NCBI GenBank assembly: GCA_951406725.2
Contig: OX597823.1
Span: 25,916,001-25,980,000, forward strand
DNA: 64,000 bases
Direction: 5' to 3'
Source: Octopus vulgaris
Lineage: Eukaryota
Shown here piece by piece: positions 36,250-47,895 of this stretch. Below the pieces are notes generated by a model that did no database searches, had not been told where the DNA came from, and was given only the letters and a program-made list of their open reading frames with translations. Numbering within the stretch: the stretch's first letter is position 1; each line of letters begins with the position of its first letter. The position numbers and the translations under genes were made by a program.

Positions 36250-37800
36250 TGTGTTACAACTTTCTGCATAGCCTTTATAACTTGATCTAACAGTTTGATT
36301 CTTCTATAATTTTTTCTCTCTAATACATCCTGTTTGTCTTTGTAGCAATTTACAATGATATTCCTGTTATACATTGAGTATGACACCTTCCTGTATTACT
36401 TCATTAGCTACCTGGGTGGTTATCATGTATTTTTATTTAACATCTTTGCAATTATTACTAGTGGTCCAGCAGCTTTCTCTCCTCTTCATGTCCTTGATTG
36501 CTTTATGTACTGCAATGCTGTCAACTTGAATTGCTGGTACCTTTAAAGGGTCAGCATGCAGCAGCCCCACTTTATTCCATGCACTCTGTATTCGACAACC
36601 TCTTATAATTGTGCTTCCATACCGCATTTTTGTCCATCACAGTGATGGCAAGAGTGTTTTCATCATTTCAAATCCACTTCCCTCATATGACATGTCAGTT
36701 CTCTTTAAGACACTGTCTTGCAAACTTGATCACTTCATGCCTCTGATCATCACATTGTAAGACATGTGCAAATCCCTTCCATTTTGCTTCAACCTTTGCC
36801 AAGTATCTCTCTCGCCTAGCTGCCCTTAGAGCTATTTGATAATGCTCCCTAAAACCAGCTTCCTTCCATGTTTTCCAGACTTGTTTCATAACCATTATTG
36901 CTCTATTAGCTATGTCATTTCATTTTCAGTTTTGCTGTGACTTTGCACCAGTCTCATTTTGATCTGTGACCAATAAATAGGTTATTTTGTAAGAATTTCC
37001 AGTTGTCATCTATGTTACAGTTATCTAATCTTTCTCCATATAGTCATATGTGTCAATTAAAACTTCTCTAAAACTTATGCTCAATTGTGGGTTCTATTAG
37101 CGTTCATGTTTTCCTCCTCCATTTCATTTTTTGTCTGTGTCCATGAAGCTATGACTCTGAAGTCATTAGCCACTAAACTATGTTGGCTAGTGGATTCTTC
37201 ACTAGGAAAGATTCTATATTTACAATGACCCATCTATTTTTTTTCCTGATAAGGATGAAATCTGACTTAAGTATGTGTCAGATTGGTAGGTGATGAGGTG
37301 TTTGGCTGGTTTCTTGAAGTGTGTGTTGCAAACTGTTAAATCACTTGTATACAGAATTCTGGCAATCTACAAACTCATTTCTTGTTCAATAACCCCAGCT
37401 TCCATTTATGTCATAAAAGTCATTATGGTGTTGATCAGAATGTCTGTTGAAGTCACCAGCCATGATAAAAAGTTACTGTCAGTCATCATTGAGATAGTCC
37501 TTCTGTTCTGCCAATCCTGGCTGTGAGGCCGATGCATTGATGAGTGTTACTTGCTGAGTTGTTTATAACCAGACTCATCTTATCCTATCACACACTCTCA
37601 CTACCTCAGTTACTTTATTCATTTCTTAGTTAATAATATGCCAATCTCACCCTGCCATCAATTTGTATTAATGTTTCTTGCCTACTAGGAATTTGGATGA
37701 GGATTCTGCCCCAGCATATCCACAATTGCACCAGACCTACCTATCATAATAGTTGTCGCCTTAAAGTTTTGGAACTGACAGGGGCAGGTTCTTGGGTGTT
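36250..37800 (-). mobile_element. old RTE LINE 5' fragment (endonuclease to start of RT)
   Basis: ORFs 36695 and 36433 are homologous to ORFs 1293 and 1742 (DQRHEVIKFARQCLKEN vs DQRTEVFWTARQCVREN). Confidence 0.8.
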
Positions 37801-38360
37801 AAAGCTCTTCAGTTTGTTGATTGCTGTTTGACAACTTCTGTACTTGTATAGAATAAGAAAGCTTAGGCCGTGACTTGTGAGCGGTTGGATGATTCATACA
37901 TATACACACACACCACACATGGAATTAACTCGGTATATATCTTGTATCTATTTTGATGATCCTAGTCGCATGAAATGAAAAGTCAACTCTAGTGAGATTT
38001 GAACTCAGTGGTAAAGTGTTACAACCAGATATTGCATGATGTTTAAATTGACTTATTGCTAATTTTATCACTTCACTGCTTTCCTACTAAACTGTTGGCC
38101 ATGTTGTAGACTGCAACAATGACTCTTTCAAAAGCCATTCCCTATGATCTACAGTACAGATTGTTTTAGGCTTTTTATTTATATTTTTAATGTTTTTTTT
38201 TTTTATTTTCTATATTTTATAATATATTTCTATTTCTAATTTTGCTTTACACATTTTTCCTTATATTTTTGATGTTTCTTTATATTTCTCCAGGTTATGA
38301 TGAAAACAGACAATAAATTGTGAAGAATTTGTAAAGTTTTAACAAAGCATTTGGTACATA

Positions 38361-38681
38361 ATGGGTACCAAAATACTTGATCAGATATTGACAATGATGC
38401 TTCATGGCTCACCAGAAGAAAAACATTTCATTTATAATGATTCTGACATTATTTTAGAATGTAAACTTTGCCGTAACTTATTCCGTGCCCTTACTGGTTT
38501 TATCTTACATCGGAAGAGTCTGTGCATGAAACCACTTGAAAAGTCAGTTAGTATCAATTCCTATGACCAGAATATGAGAACAGAAACCTTCAGAAATGTT
38601 ACATTTATCACAAATTCTTCATCCTGTGAAGAGGACTCAGCACAAACCCCATCACAACAACCAAAAAGTACACCATCCAGC

Positions 38682-38727
<46 letters not shown>

Positions 38728-39002
38728 TTAATAATAATAGTAATGATAATGATAATAACCAGCAGCAACAGCAGCAGCAACAGCAGAATTTATCTGCTGC
38801 AGACCATTTTCAGTATCTTCAGAATTACGTTAGTCAGATTAATGAATCAATAGAAAGCAAGAGTAACTTGAAAGCCGTATTAAACCTTACTCAGGAAGGT
38901 ATTGGGAATTCTTCGGACATTACACAAAAATCAGCTGAAGAACCTAAAACAGACTCTAACTCTACAGAGAGAATCGTGCTAACAGAAGCATCTAGTCCAC
39001 AG
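38361..39002 (+). CDS. ZNF800: ZNF800-like zinc-finger protein, first coding exon (exon starts at 38294 after a strong acceptor)
   Basis: ILDQILTMMLHGSPEEKHFIYNDSDIILECKLCRNLFRALTGFILHRKSLC matches the ZNF800 N-terminal block as recalled ([45 protein letters not shown]). In-frame TAA at 38340 lies upstream of the ATG; donor CAG|GTTTGT, phase 0. Confidence 0.85.
38682..38786 (+). repeat. coding (AAT)n/(CAG)n microsatellite giving a poly-Asn then poly-Gln tract
   Basis: Read directly in ORF 38361: N15-I-NNNSNDNDNN-Q9. Confidence 0.95.
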
Positions 39003-39669
39003 GTTTGTAGTGTTCTTTTATTGTGTGTGTATGTGTGCATTTGTTATTGTTGTTTGGTGCCAAGCTAACCCTGATTCAGCAGGCCATGGCTCTCACCTTT
39101 TGTTCAGATACACTGTTTTATTATGACTTCATCAGTGGTTCTTAGCTTGGGTAGTAATGATCCCTGGGAAGCATTATGAGCTCACAAGGGGTGCTCTGGG
39201 TGTTTAGAAAGGTTGTGATGTTTCTGAGAAATAAAATATTTAAACTGGGTATAACATATCTTATCCTTTTAGCATTTAAACTGGCCAGATCCAGCTTCTT
39301 GCACCTATCCTACAATGTCATTTTAAAAATTAACAATCACATCATCAAAATCTGAAAGCTTTAAGATTAATTCAAAACAATGTAAATAAATAAGCATTAG
39401 TTTTGAGAGAAGTATGTGAATGCAAAAGGGTTAAACACATTAAAAAAAAAAACTTTATCAGGATTTGAATATGTGTCATACATTCATTTATCAATGAGAA
39501 GAAACATGACTGATGAATATAATTTTATCATATAAGTCGTTGCTTTCTTTAATAATTTTATAAAATTTTAACATAGAGAACACCAGAGCATGCAGATATC
39601 TAAAAGAAGAAAAAAAGAACATGTTGGATGACATAGCTTGAGAAAATGTGTACAATTAGAGCTCAACAC

Positions 39670-40650
39670 TTCTTTATGCAGCTGTCCTCATCCATGACCA
39701 AACCAACACAGTCTGATGCCTCTTATACCCAGTTTTCCTCTTAGATCATTTACACTCTGTCATGCGTGCACACTGACATTACTCATCCAGTGGAGCATGC
39801 TAGCTTCATTTCTTTCAAGCCTTTGCAATTCCTCTGTAGTCAGAGCCCATATTTCACTGCCATGTAACATAAACTGTACATACACTGGCATCATACAATC
39901 TGCCTTTCCCTCTGAGGGAGAGACCTTCAGTATATTTCTACAAGGGTAGAAGTATTCTTTGCCCGGCCTGTTTTTATTTTAGAAACGACACTTTCAGAAT
40001 TTCTTCCACCACTGCTAACTTAGTCTCCTTGGTAATGGAAGCTATCTACTATTTCTAATGATCCTCCTGAGCATTTGAGGAAGTCTATTATCTGCACATT
40101 TTTAGTGCTTCTTGTACCTGCACATTTGCCACACACAAAGACTATGTTTTCTGTTAACCTTACTGTGATACTGCTTCATCTCTTATCTGTCCAAAGCTTG
40201 CACTGGGTACAACGTATGGGGTTTCTACCAACACCCTTCTTACATACTGAGCAGGACCATCTCCCAGAGAGACTTTTGATTTGTCCGTTTTCCTACTTAC
40301 TAGAACTTTGGTTTTTGCTAAATTAACTCCAAAGCCCTTAGATTCCAAGCCTTGCTTCCACACCTGAAATTTCTTCTTTAGGTCAGGTAGTTATTCAGCT
40401 ATAAGAACAAGGTCATCAGTGCAGAGGAGCTCCCAGGGACAGCTGGTCTTGAATTTCTCTGTTAAGGACTGGAGGACTAAGGTAACCAAGAGCAGGGTGA
40501 GAACTAAGCCTTGGTGGATTCTTACCTGTACACTGAATTCATTGCTATAGTTGTTACCAACCTTCACCTTACTGGCAGCATCCCTGTACATGGCTTGTAC
40601 AGCTTTAACTTACCACTTGTCTATTCCTGGCTTCTGCATTGACCACTATT
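39670..40650 (-). mobile_element. RTE RT fragment in the ZNF800-like intron
   Basis: IHQGLVL..LL, CPWELLCTDDLVLIAE and WKQGLESKG..VNLAKTKVL in ORFs 40391 and 40160. Confidence 0.88.
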
Positions 40651-42689
40651 TCTGATGTAAGCAAGATTAGTGTTAGATTTGGCTAAATACTGGAACTTTG
40701 TGAAATACACTAAATATCAAGTTATACATCAAGCATGTTTATTACCTTCTCATCATTTTATGTCTTATTTCTGTGCTGCATGGGTTGAATGGGTCTTCAA
40801 AGTCTGAGTTAGTTGTTATTCAGTGTGACTGCTCTCCTAGAGGGGTTAGAGATCACTTCTCACTTGTACATTTTTGGTATGGTTTCTATAACTAGATGCC
40901 TTACCTATCACCAATCATTTTACAAAGTCTATAGGCTATATTTTATTGTTCCATTAACACTAGAGAAGATTCTTGACCTGATGTTCTCAATTTACTGAGT
41001 GTACTGATATGATCCAACAATAAAACTTCTTTGTGGTTACTCGATCTGCTAGAAACAGCAGCCAAATCTAACTCAAATCACATCATATCTTAGATAAGGA
41101 AGGACATGTTGGATCATCATTGGCATGGCCCAGTGTCATGAATCTGATTCTATTGAATTCATGGTTGTATATGCCTTTTTTTTTACTTCAAAGGATGCTG
41201 ACAATGAGATCATGAGAATCAGAGTGCAGCTGGGTCTGTTTCTTCTCCACTGATCTTTTCCTTCCTTCTGATTCCATTCCCAGTTATTTTCAAAGATATT
41301 GCACCCAACATAGCGTTTTTGCTTCCACAGTGGACAGTGTTATATGCATCAACAGTTGATGGAGAAACAAAGTTTTGAATATTTATTTAGTTTACCATTA
41401 TATTAGCACCTTGAAGTTCCTATTGGATACTTTCCTTGTACATAAGCATCTTTGATAACGAGTGACATACATTAACTGATGATGTAACAGCTCAGCTTCA
41501 ATGCTTTTGATTCTGGTTTGATAAGGAATTTCAGTGTTCATGACATTCTAATGTATGCAGAAGATGGTTTGCAGTGTTGTCTGATGGAAGCAATCCAACA
41601 TTTTTTACATCCTTTCTTTAAAGCTTACAAGCTTCACTTTAGAAGTACCACTTTGTAAATCATCGAGTTAGGGCAGGTTTTGCTTCTGTTGCAGCAGAAA
41701 CTCTTTTATACAGTTTCCCAAAGGTAGCAGGCACAAGACAAATACAGTTTATACTTTCATCAGATTCACTGTTTTTTTATGAATTGCTGTATGTAATCCT
41801 TTGGTCTGCTAATCTTTATTCTCTGTAATTTGAGATAGCTCCCCGCTTTCATATATTCTCCTCTCCTCTCTCTTCTTTCCCTTCTCTCCCTTCCTTCTCT
41901 TCTAGCCATTTATCTCCTTTGCTGCAAGACACCTGTTTCTGTCCCTCTTTTCATACTATAACCTCACATCACCTGGCACAAAACCACAAAACCGTTAATT
42001 TTTTTCTGTTTCTAATAGCGAGCTGATTTTTTTTTTTTTTTTCTTTGCTGTATGATGTATTATCCTTTTAAAACACAATCCATCTGATACTGCTTCTATA
42101 TATTAATACACAAAACTTCAAAACTTCAAAACTTTCTAAACGGTATTTTAACTTTCCTATGTTCAAAATAGCTTAGTTTTAGTGAAAGGTTAGTTATATG
42201 AAATCCCTACAAATTCTTTGTTATCTTAAAAACTAATTGAAGCAACACATAGCATATTTTGTTAGGGAATTCATCATGAAAGGGTTAAGTAATTATTTTC
42301 ACTTTCTGCCATTCTTTATTTGATAAGTTAGGAAACCTGCTAAAAATACAGCAGTGCAACTGGGTTCAGTATTTAGGAAATATTGACTTAATGCCATGAA
42401 TATGACACCTGAATATTCAGTGAATGTGTGATGTAGTTTATGAAGTCCCTTCAAGTGTCCCAACATATTCTTATGCACCTGTGTTTGTCTCTAGTTTCAT
42501 TGCATTAAACAAATGAGAGAGAAATCTCCCTGAAAAGACTGTCATGACTAACATTCCCAGATCTATGTGGACTGAAGTAATACAGAATTAAATGTCTTTT
42601 GAAGCAACAAGATGCCTGCCAGGCGTTCAACTCAAGCCCTCTAAGCTTGCTGTTCAATGCCACTGTTGACTGTCAATCCATATTTACCA

Positions 42690-43135
42690 TATTTGATTTG
42701 TCATACGTGTATCACCATAATTCTGTAATTATCATATGTATATATGACACTGGTGTTCTGGAATTATGGCTGTATGTCACTAGTTTCTGTAATGATGACT
42801 TGTTTATGACAATTTTGTATTAGCATATCATTATTTTCAGAACTTATGACATGTTGTATGTCACTATATTTTTTTACTTACACGTTGTATGTCCTGCATC
42901 TATTGCATACCACGTCTTCTTATAGTCCACTATATATTTACATGTTGCACGTCACCATTCTTTGTTACTTACAACATATATATCACTGTAATTTTATGCT
43001 TTAATATGTAAACCACTACAGTTTTATAATTATGAATTGTATGCTATTATCACTTTATTCTTACAATATGTGTGCAATTATTATTTTATATTTATGTATG
43101 CAACTATAATGTTTTTGATTATGATATATGGCTTA
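42690..43135. repeat. highly degenerate ~30-35-bp tandem repeat upstream of ZNF800-like exon 2
   Basis: Recurring TGTATGTCACTA..TTT..T.ATGA-like unit. Confidence 0.55.
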
Positions 43136-43186
43136 TTATTGAACATGTTTGAATTTATTCTAATTAAGAATTACTGTTTGTTCCAG

Positions 43187-44314
43187 GTTTCTACTGTTGT
43201 TTCCAGTTTAAAGGATTCTGCCCCCAAATCTACTGACCCTCCATCACATTGTTGTACTATTGGTAAACCCTGCAATGTACAACAAACCAATTGCTTTACT
43301 GCTACCTCTGAAACAGAAGGGGAACTGTGTGATTCCAGAAATAGCAGCCCTTGTTCAATGCCACAGCTAAAATTACCATGTACCAAAGCAGGTTGTGTGG
43401 AGAACAATGACAACAATAAAAGCAGTGATGAAAGTGAGTCTTCAGAAACCAGCAACAATGTTTGCACAGCACCTCATAATGAAAAAGTCTCAAAACGTTC
43501 AACAAAACCTCTAATAGTACAAAGCAATACTCATGCAAGTTCAAGTTGTGTAGTAAACAAACAAGGTGAAGCTATAGAAGCATCAGAGAAACTGAGTTCG
43601 AAATCTTCACACATTGAAATAATTCTGAATGATAATCCTTCGATGAAAGATGTTATTGAAATTAATGAAGTGCATAATTTAGAAGAGAGAGTGTCTCAGT
43701 CTTTGTCCTTGGATAATTTATGTTGTGTCCCTCTAGACCAAAGTGGCCCTGTGGACCAGTGTTGTGCTGCTAATCAGAAGAAACAAGCACCCCAACATTA
43801 TATTTGTCCACACTGTCCTAATACTCTCATCTATGACTCATACCCACTTTTCTGCCAGCATCTTGAGTCAGTACACGGAATACATGCTGATCCCATTGAC
43901 AATTTAGGCCAGACGTTTGAGTTGAATAATCAAAGTTCCATGTCATATATACCTGAGCGTGCTAATCAGAAATATTCTGAGTGTATTGTCCTAGAATTAG
44001 CTGATTATCAGAATCTCCAGTGTCGGAAATGCAAACACAGCTTTACTCAGCGCTGTTCACTTCGGAGACACATTTTGGAAATCCATGGTGAAAAATTGGG
44101 TTATTATTCATGTCCCTTCTGCGTTAGCAAAGTCTGGTTTCGCTATTTTCGAACGTTTTTAGCTCATTTAAAAAACCTACACGGCTTCCAAAAGGACCAA
44201 ATATATCGCATCCATCGCAATTTGCAGAAAAACAGTTGGGTAGAATTTGGTAGTGATCAGCTGCCTCCTGATGGAAATAACACAACTTCGCAGCTCTGTA
44301 ATCGTGTTTCATAG
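43187..44314 (+). CDS. ZNF800: ZNF800-like protein, second coding exon with three C2H2 fingers; stop TAG at 44312-44314
   Basis: TTGTTCCAG acceptor, phase 0, in frame with ORF 43037-44314. Fingers CPHC..HLESVH, CRKC..HILEIH and CPFC..HLKNLH; 'DYQNLQCRKCKHSFT...YSCPFC' parallels ZNF800 'DFKQLYCKLCKRQFT...YKCPLC'. Confidence 0.85.
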   Translation, partial: VSTVVSSLKDSAPKSTDPPSHCCTIGKPCNVQQTNCFTATSETEGELCDSRNSSPCSMPQLKLPCTKAGCVENNDNNKSSDESESSETSNNVCTAPHNEKVSKRSTKPLIVQSNTHASSSCVVNKQGEAIEASEKLSSKSSHIEIILNDNPSMKDVIEINEVHNLEERVSQSLSLDNLCCVPLDQSGPVDQCCAANQKKQAPQHYICPHCPNTLIYDSYPLFCQHLESVHGIHADPIDNLGQTFELNNQSSMSYIPERANQKYSECIVLELADYQNLQCRKCKHSFTQRCSLRRHILEIHGEKLGYYSCPFCVSKVWFRYFRTFLAHLKNLHGFQKDQIYRIHRNLQKNSWVEFGSDQLPPDGNNTTSQLCNRVS

Positions 44315-46594
44315 TTTTTACAACATGCATTTTCATTTCATTCACTACAGTCTGTATTATGCTACACATTTCATCCTATATGATGTATGCATTATGTGCT
44401 ACTATGCTATGCTACAAATTAGACATAACACTATGCACAGCACTACACACTGTGTGGTATACTAAACACATCAGAATTTACAATACCCTGCATCATTTCT
44501 GCAAAATGATCACACTACATTACAGCATTCATTGTACAGTAAGCACTAAATTACATTACACATCATACAACAAAGTACCTAGTACATTATACATCACATT
44601 ACATATAATGCACTTCAATGGTCACCACAGAATATCATACACTGTACGCTGTGCTAGACATTATACTACATACTCCCCATCAAACGACATTTCAATGACA
44701 GTTAGAGATACTTTGTAATTTTTGTTGCATTTTTATATTAAATTCTTTCCATTTTCCTTTCTGTTAACTTTGCTCTATAAGTTATAAGCCCATATACATT
44801 TGCATAAGTTGGTTACAAGTTTTGGGTACAAAACTACCTAAGTGATAATTGATTCCTGATTGATTAACAAAGTAACTGAATCCAATCCAATAAGATAACA
44901 GCTGATCAATGTATATTTTATTTTTTAATTTATCTTTTCTCATATTGTTTTAAATTAATTCATATGGTCATAAGTTTGAATATTGCTAATAACCATAATG
45001 TTGTGTCTATGAGCAAAGTTTATAACTAACCTCTATAATTCTGCTTGCTACATTTTGTCTGGCCGAGTAAGGAGTTCCTCTTGTTACTTCACAGTTGAAT
45101 TAGCAATTGAAAGGGACAGTATCCAGCTGTAAATGTAATAACTGCACCAAAAACCTACCCTTGCTACAAAGAAAATCATCATTATTTTACATCTGCTTTC
45201 CATGCTGACATAGCTAGGACATTATATCATGTGTGTGGTGCACTTCTTGGTATATTTAATAAACTGAGAGATACAAGCATGAGTGTATGGATGTAGAGTT
45301 GACTTTGTTCTATCTCAGTGTGTGATCTCTTGGGCCATCCAATGCTTTGTGAGTGAAATTGGCAAATGGAAGCTGTATGGAATCCAGTCTTATGTGTGTG
45401 TGTGTGTGTATGATTCATTCTGTTTCTGCATATGAAAAATGTTGCACAAAAAAAGTAATGATGTTTGTGGATATTCCCTGCTAACAACTCCTCTCATGGC
45501 TCCACTCTTTTGAAGATGAATAGAATAAATCCATTATTTGAAAGACTGATAAAGATTAGTGACAAAAGTACTTCTGGCTGCAAAACATTGCCTAAATGTG
45601 TATTTGTCCCACCCATACTAGCATGAGAAAAAAATAAATGTGAAATGAATGAACAAAAATATTATTTTCCAACTAGCTGGTTTCATAGTTAGTCCCCTGG
45701 GTTGTTCACTGCAGTGAATTTGATAGACAAAAACTGAAAGAAGCTTGTGTGCATGTGGGTTTCTTTACATGTGTAATCATTCAGCTTTTGGCAGTGAGGT
45801 TACTGTCATTTCCCCTGTCACTGTATCATCCACTTATTTTGCATCTTTGAAGACATGTGGAAGAAGACATCCTTTGCTATACTCCTTGCTTGAAAAACAG
45901 GTAAAGGCGAGCAACAGGAAGGGCATCTGGTTGCAAAACATGCATTTATAATATATTCGTCCACTTCATTCAAGCATTGAAAAATGGACATAAAAGTGAA
46001 GACGCTGCAGCTATTTGTGCTGTACTTGCAAACAAGGAACGTAACTCTACTTGCTCCAGAACAAAAGACCAAATAAACATAACGCACTCAACTTCTTGAA
46101 GTATTGAGTAGTTTATTTTATATCTATAACCCTTGTTTTTATGAACAAACACAGGTTGTGTAACGTCCACTTTCCATGCTTGCAAGGGTTAGACAGCTTG
46201 ACTGGAACTGGTAAGCTGCAACAGGTTCCTGTCTGAATTTGACTTGGTTTCTACTGCTTGATGCCCTTCCTAACGCCAACCATTCTGAGAGTGTAGTGGG
46301 TGCCTTATACATGTGATTGGCACTGGCCACAACTATGATTTCACTTGGCTTGACAAGACTTCTCAAGCACAGCAAATTGCCAAAAGTCACAATCACTCAT
46401 ATTTATAGTGAAATGCGTTACCTTTATTTCAATAAATTTTGAAAACAAATGAAGTATGTAGTGAAATACCTTTGTCATTATGAAGGTGGTACTTGGAACA
46501 TAATATAAAATTTTAGAAGAAGGTTTTCATTTAAAACAGGATGTTTGTATCATAAGGCCAATCTCTGGTGAGTTGGTATTAAAGTGGATATATA

Positions 46595-46654
46595 CAAGGG
46601 TGAGTTAGAAAGTGATGCAAATAAAAAATTACATTACTTTCTAACTCTTCCTCG
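46595..46654. mobile_element. 60-bp mariner-type mini-MITE (two TIRs almost abutting)
   Basis: TA|CAAGGGTGAGTTAGAAAGTGATG ... CATTACTTTCTAACTCTTCCTCG|TA. Confidence 0.75.
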
Positions 46655-47107
46655 TAATGGATATATATATATATATATATGTGTTTGGTTTTTGTTTAGC
46701 CTTGCTCAAGCACCACCTGCACAGTTTTATTGCTTTGTGTCTTTTGTGTTGTCTCTGTGTATGTCAGATGTCCAGTATTTCTGCTGAGTGTTTGTTTGGC
46801 TTTTTTTCAGCATACGAGCATCTCTAGTTGGTGGCTCAATGAATTATTGGCTGCTAGCCTGCTTTGATTGTAGCCTTTGCAGATGACTGATCTAATATGT
46901 TAAAGAGAAATGTATAGATTTACTTTTTTAAATGTCTCAAGGAAATTTAGGTGAAATTTGAAAAAAAATTTTGGAAGGTTTTATTAATTACAGGCTTCTA
47001 AAGAGAGGGTTTGAAGAAGAGAGTTGAGCTCTGGAAATACCTCTAATTCCTCTTGTTTTTGTCTTGTATGCTGAAGTTTGGAAGAAGATTTTTGAGAATC
47101 TTCCACC

Positions 47108-47138
<31 letters not shown>

Positions 47139-47674
47139 ATGTATGTATATATATATAATAAATGTGTGTATGTATGTAATTATATATATATGTGTGTGGA
47201 TGGATGTAAATATATATGTGGATGTGTGTGTGTGTGTGTATAATGGCTTATTCTGCTCAACATTCAAGATGTAGAGACATAAGCTGGTGAGATGTTCTCA
47301 GTTAAAGCTTTTCTTTTCTTTTCTTTTTTTCACTTTTCTTTTTTTCACTTTTCTTTTTTTAGAATGCTCTGATTGAGTATTTCAGGGGCCTAGAAAGATT
47401 AGCCTTACAGGATTTTAGGAATATCACTCCGAGTCTGAATCCAGATAGTTTATTTTTGATTTGGTTATATTATGTTTTATTAAATCTATTTGTGTTAGAT
47501 TGCTATGAAAGGTTGTCTGCTAAAATATATCATGGTCTTCAAGATGTTGCTCTTTCCTTGGTTAGGAAAGAGACTTTTGTATTGCTCTTTGAGGAGGCTG
47601 CAAATTTGTGAAGGTTTGTCCATATATCAGCCATCTTGATATTAACACAGAACAACTTTTGATTTCAAGATTAA

Positions 47675-47895
47675 CCCTTTAGCATTTAAACCGGCCATAT
47701 CCGGCCAAAAGTATTCTGCCTGTTTTATGTTCAAACAGGCCAGATCTGGTCTCTCACACCAACCTTACAATATCGTTTTAAAAATTAACAGCTACCTCAT
47801 CAAAATCTCATCGCTACAAGATAATGCATGATTAGTTCAAAACAATATAGATAAAGAAGCATTAATTTTGGCAGAATAATGCGAACGCTAAAGGG
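47675..47895 (+). mobile_element. piggyBac-type MITE (same family; further copies at about 39262-39434, 57620-57776 and 36190-36260)
   Basis: TTAA|CCCTTTAGCATT ... AACGCTAAAGGG|TTAA; body aligns with 11715-11933. Confidence 0.92.

Noticed and set aside
39133-39200. hAT-like terminus CAGTGGTTCTTAGC
   Set aside because: No matching second TIR or 8-bp TSD could be found.
43037-43186. Hydrophobic N-terminal extension of ORF 43037-44314 (signal- or TM-like)
   Set aside because: It is AT-rich degenerate tandem sequence upstream of a clear acceptor at 43186, so it is intronic read-through.
47310-47610. Strong polypyrimidine-AG followed by an open frame (possible exon)
   Set aside because: The pyrimidine tract is a local simple-repeat expansion within what appears to be decayed repeat sequence; the peptide is unrecognisable and the phase does not match the candidate donors.
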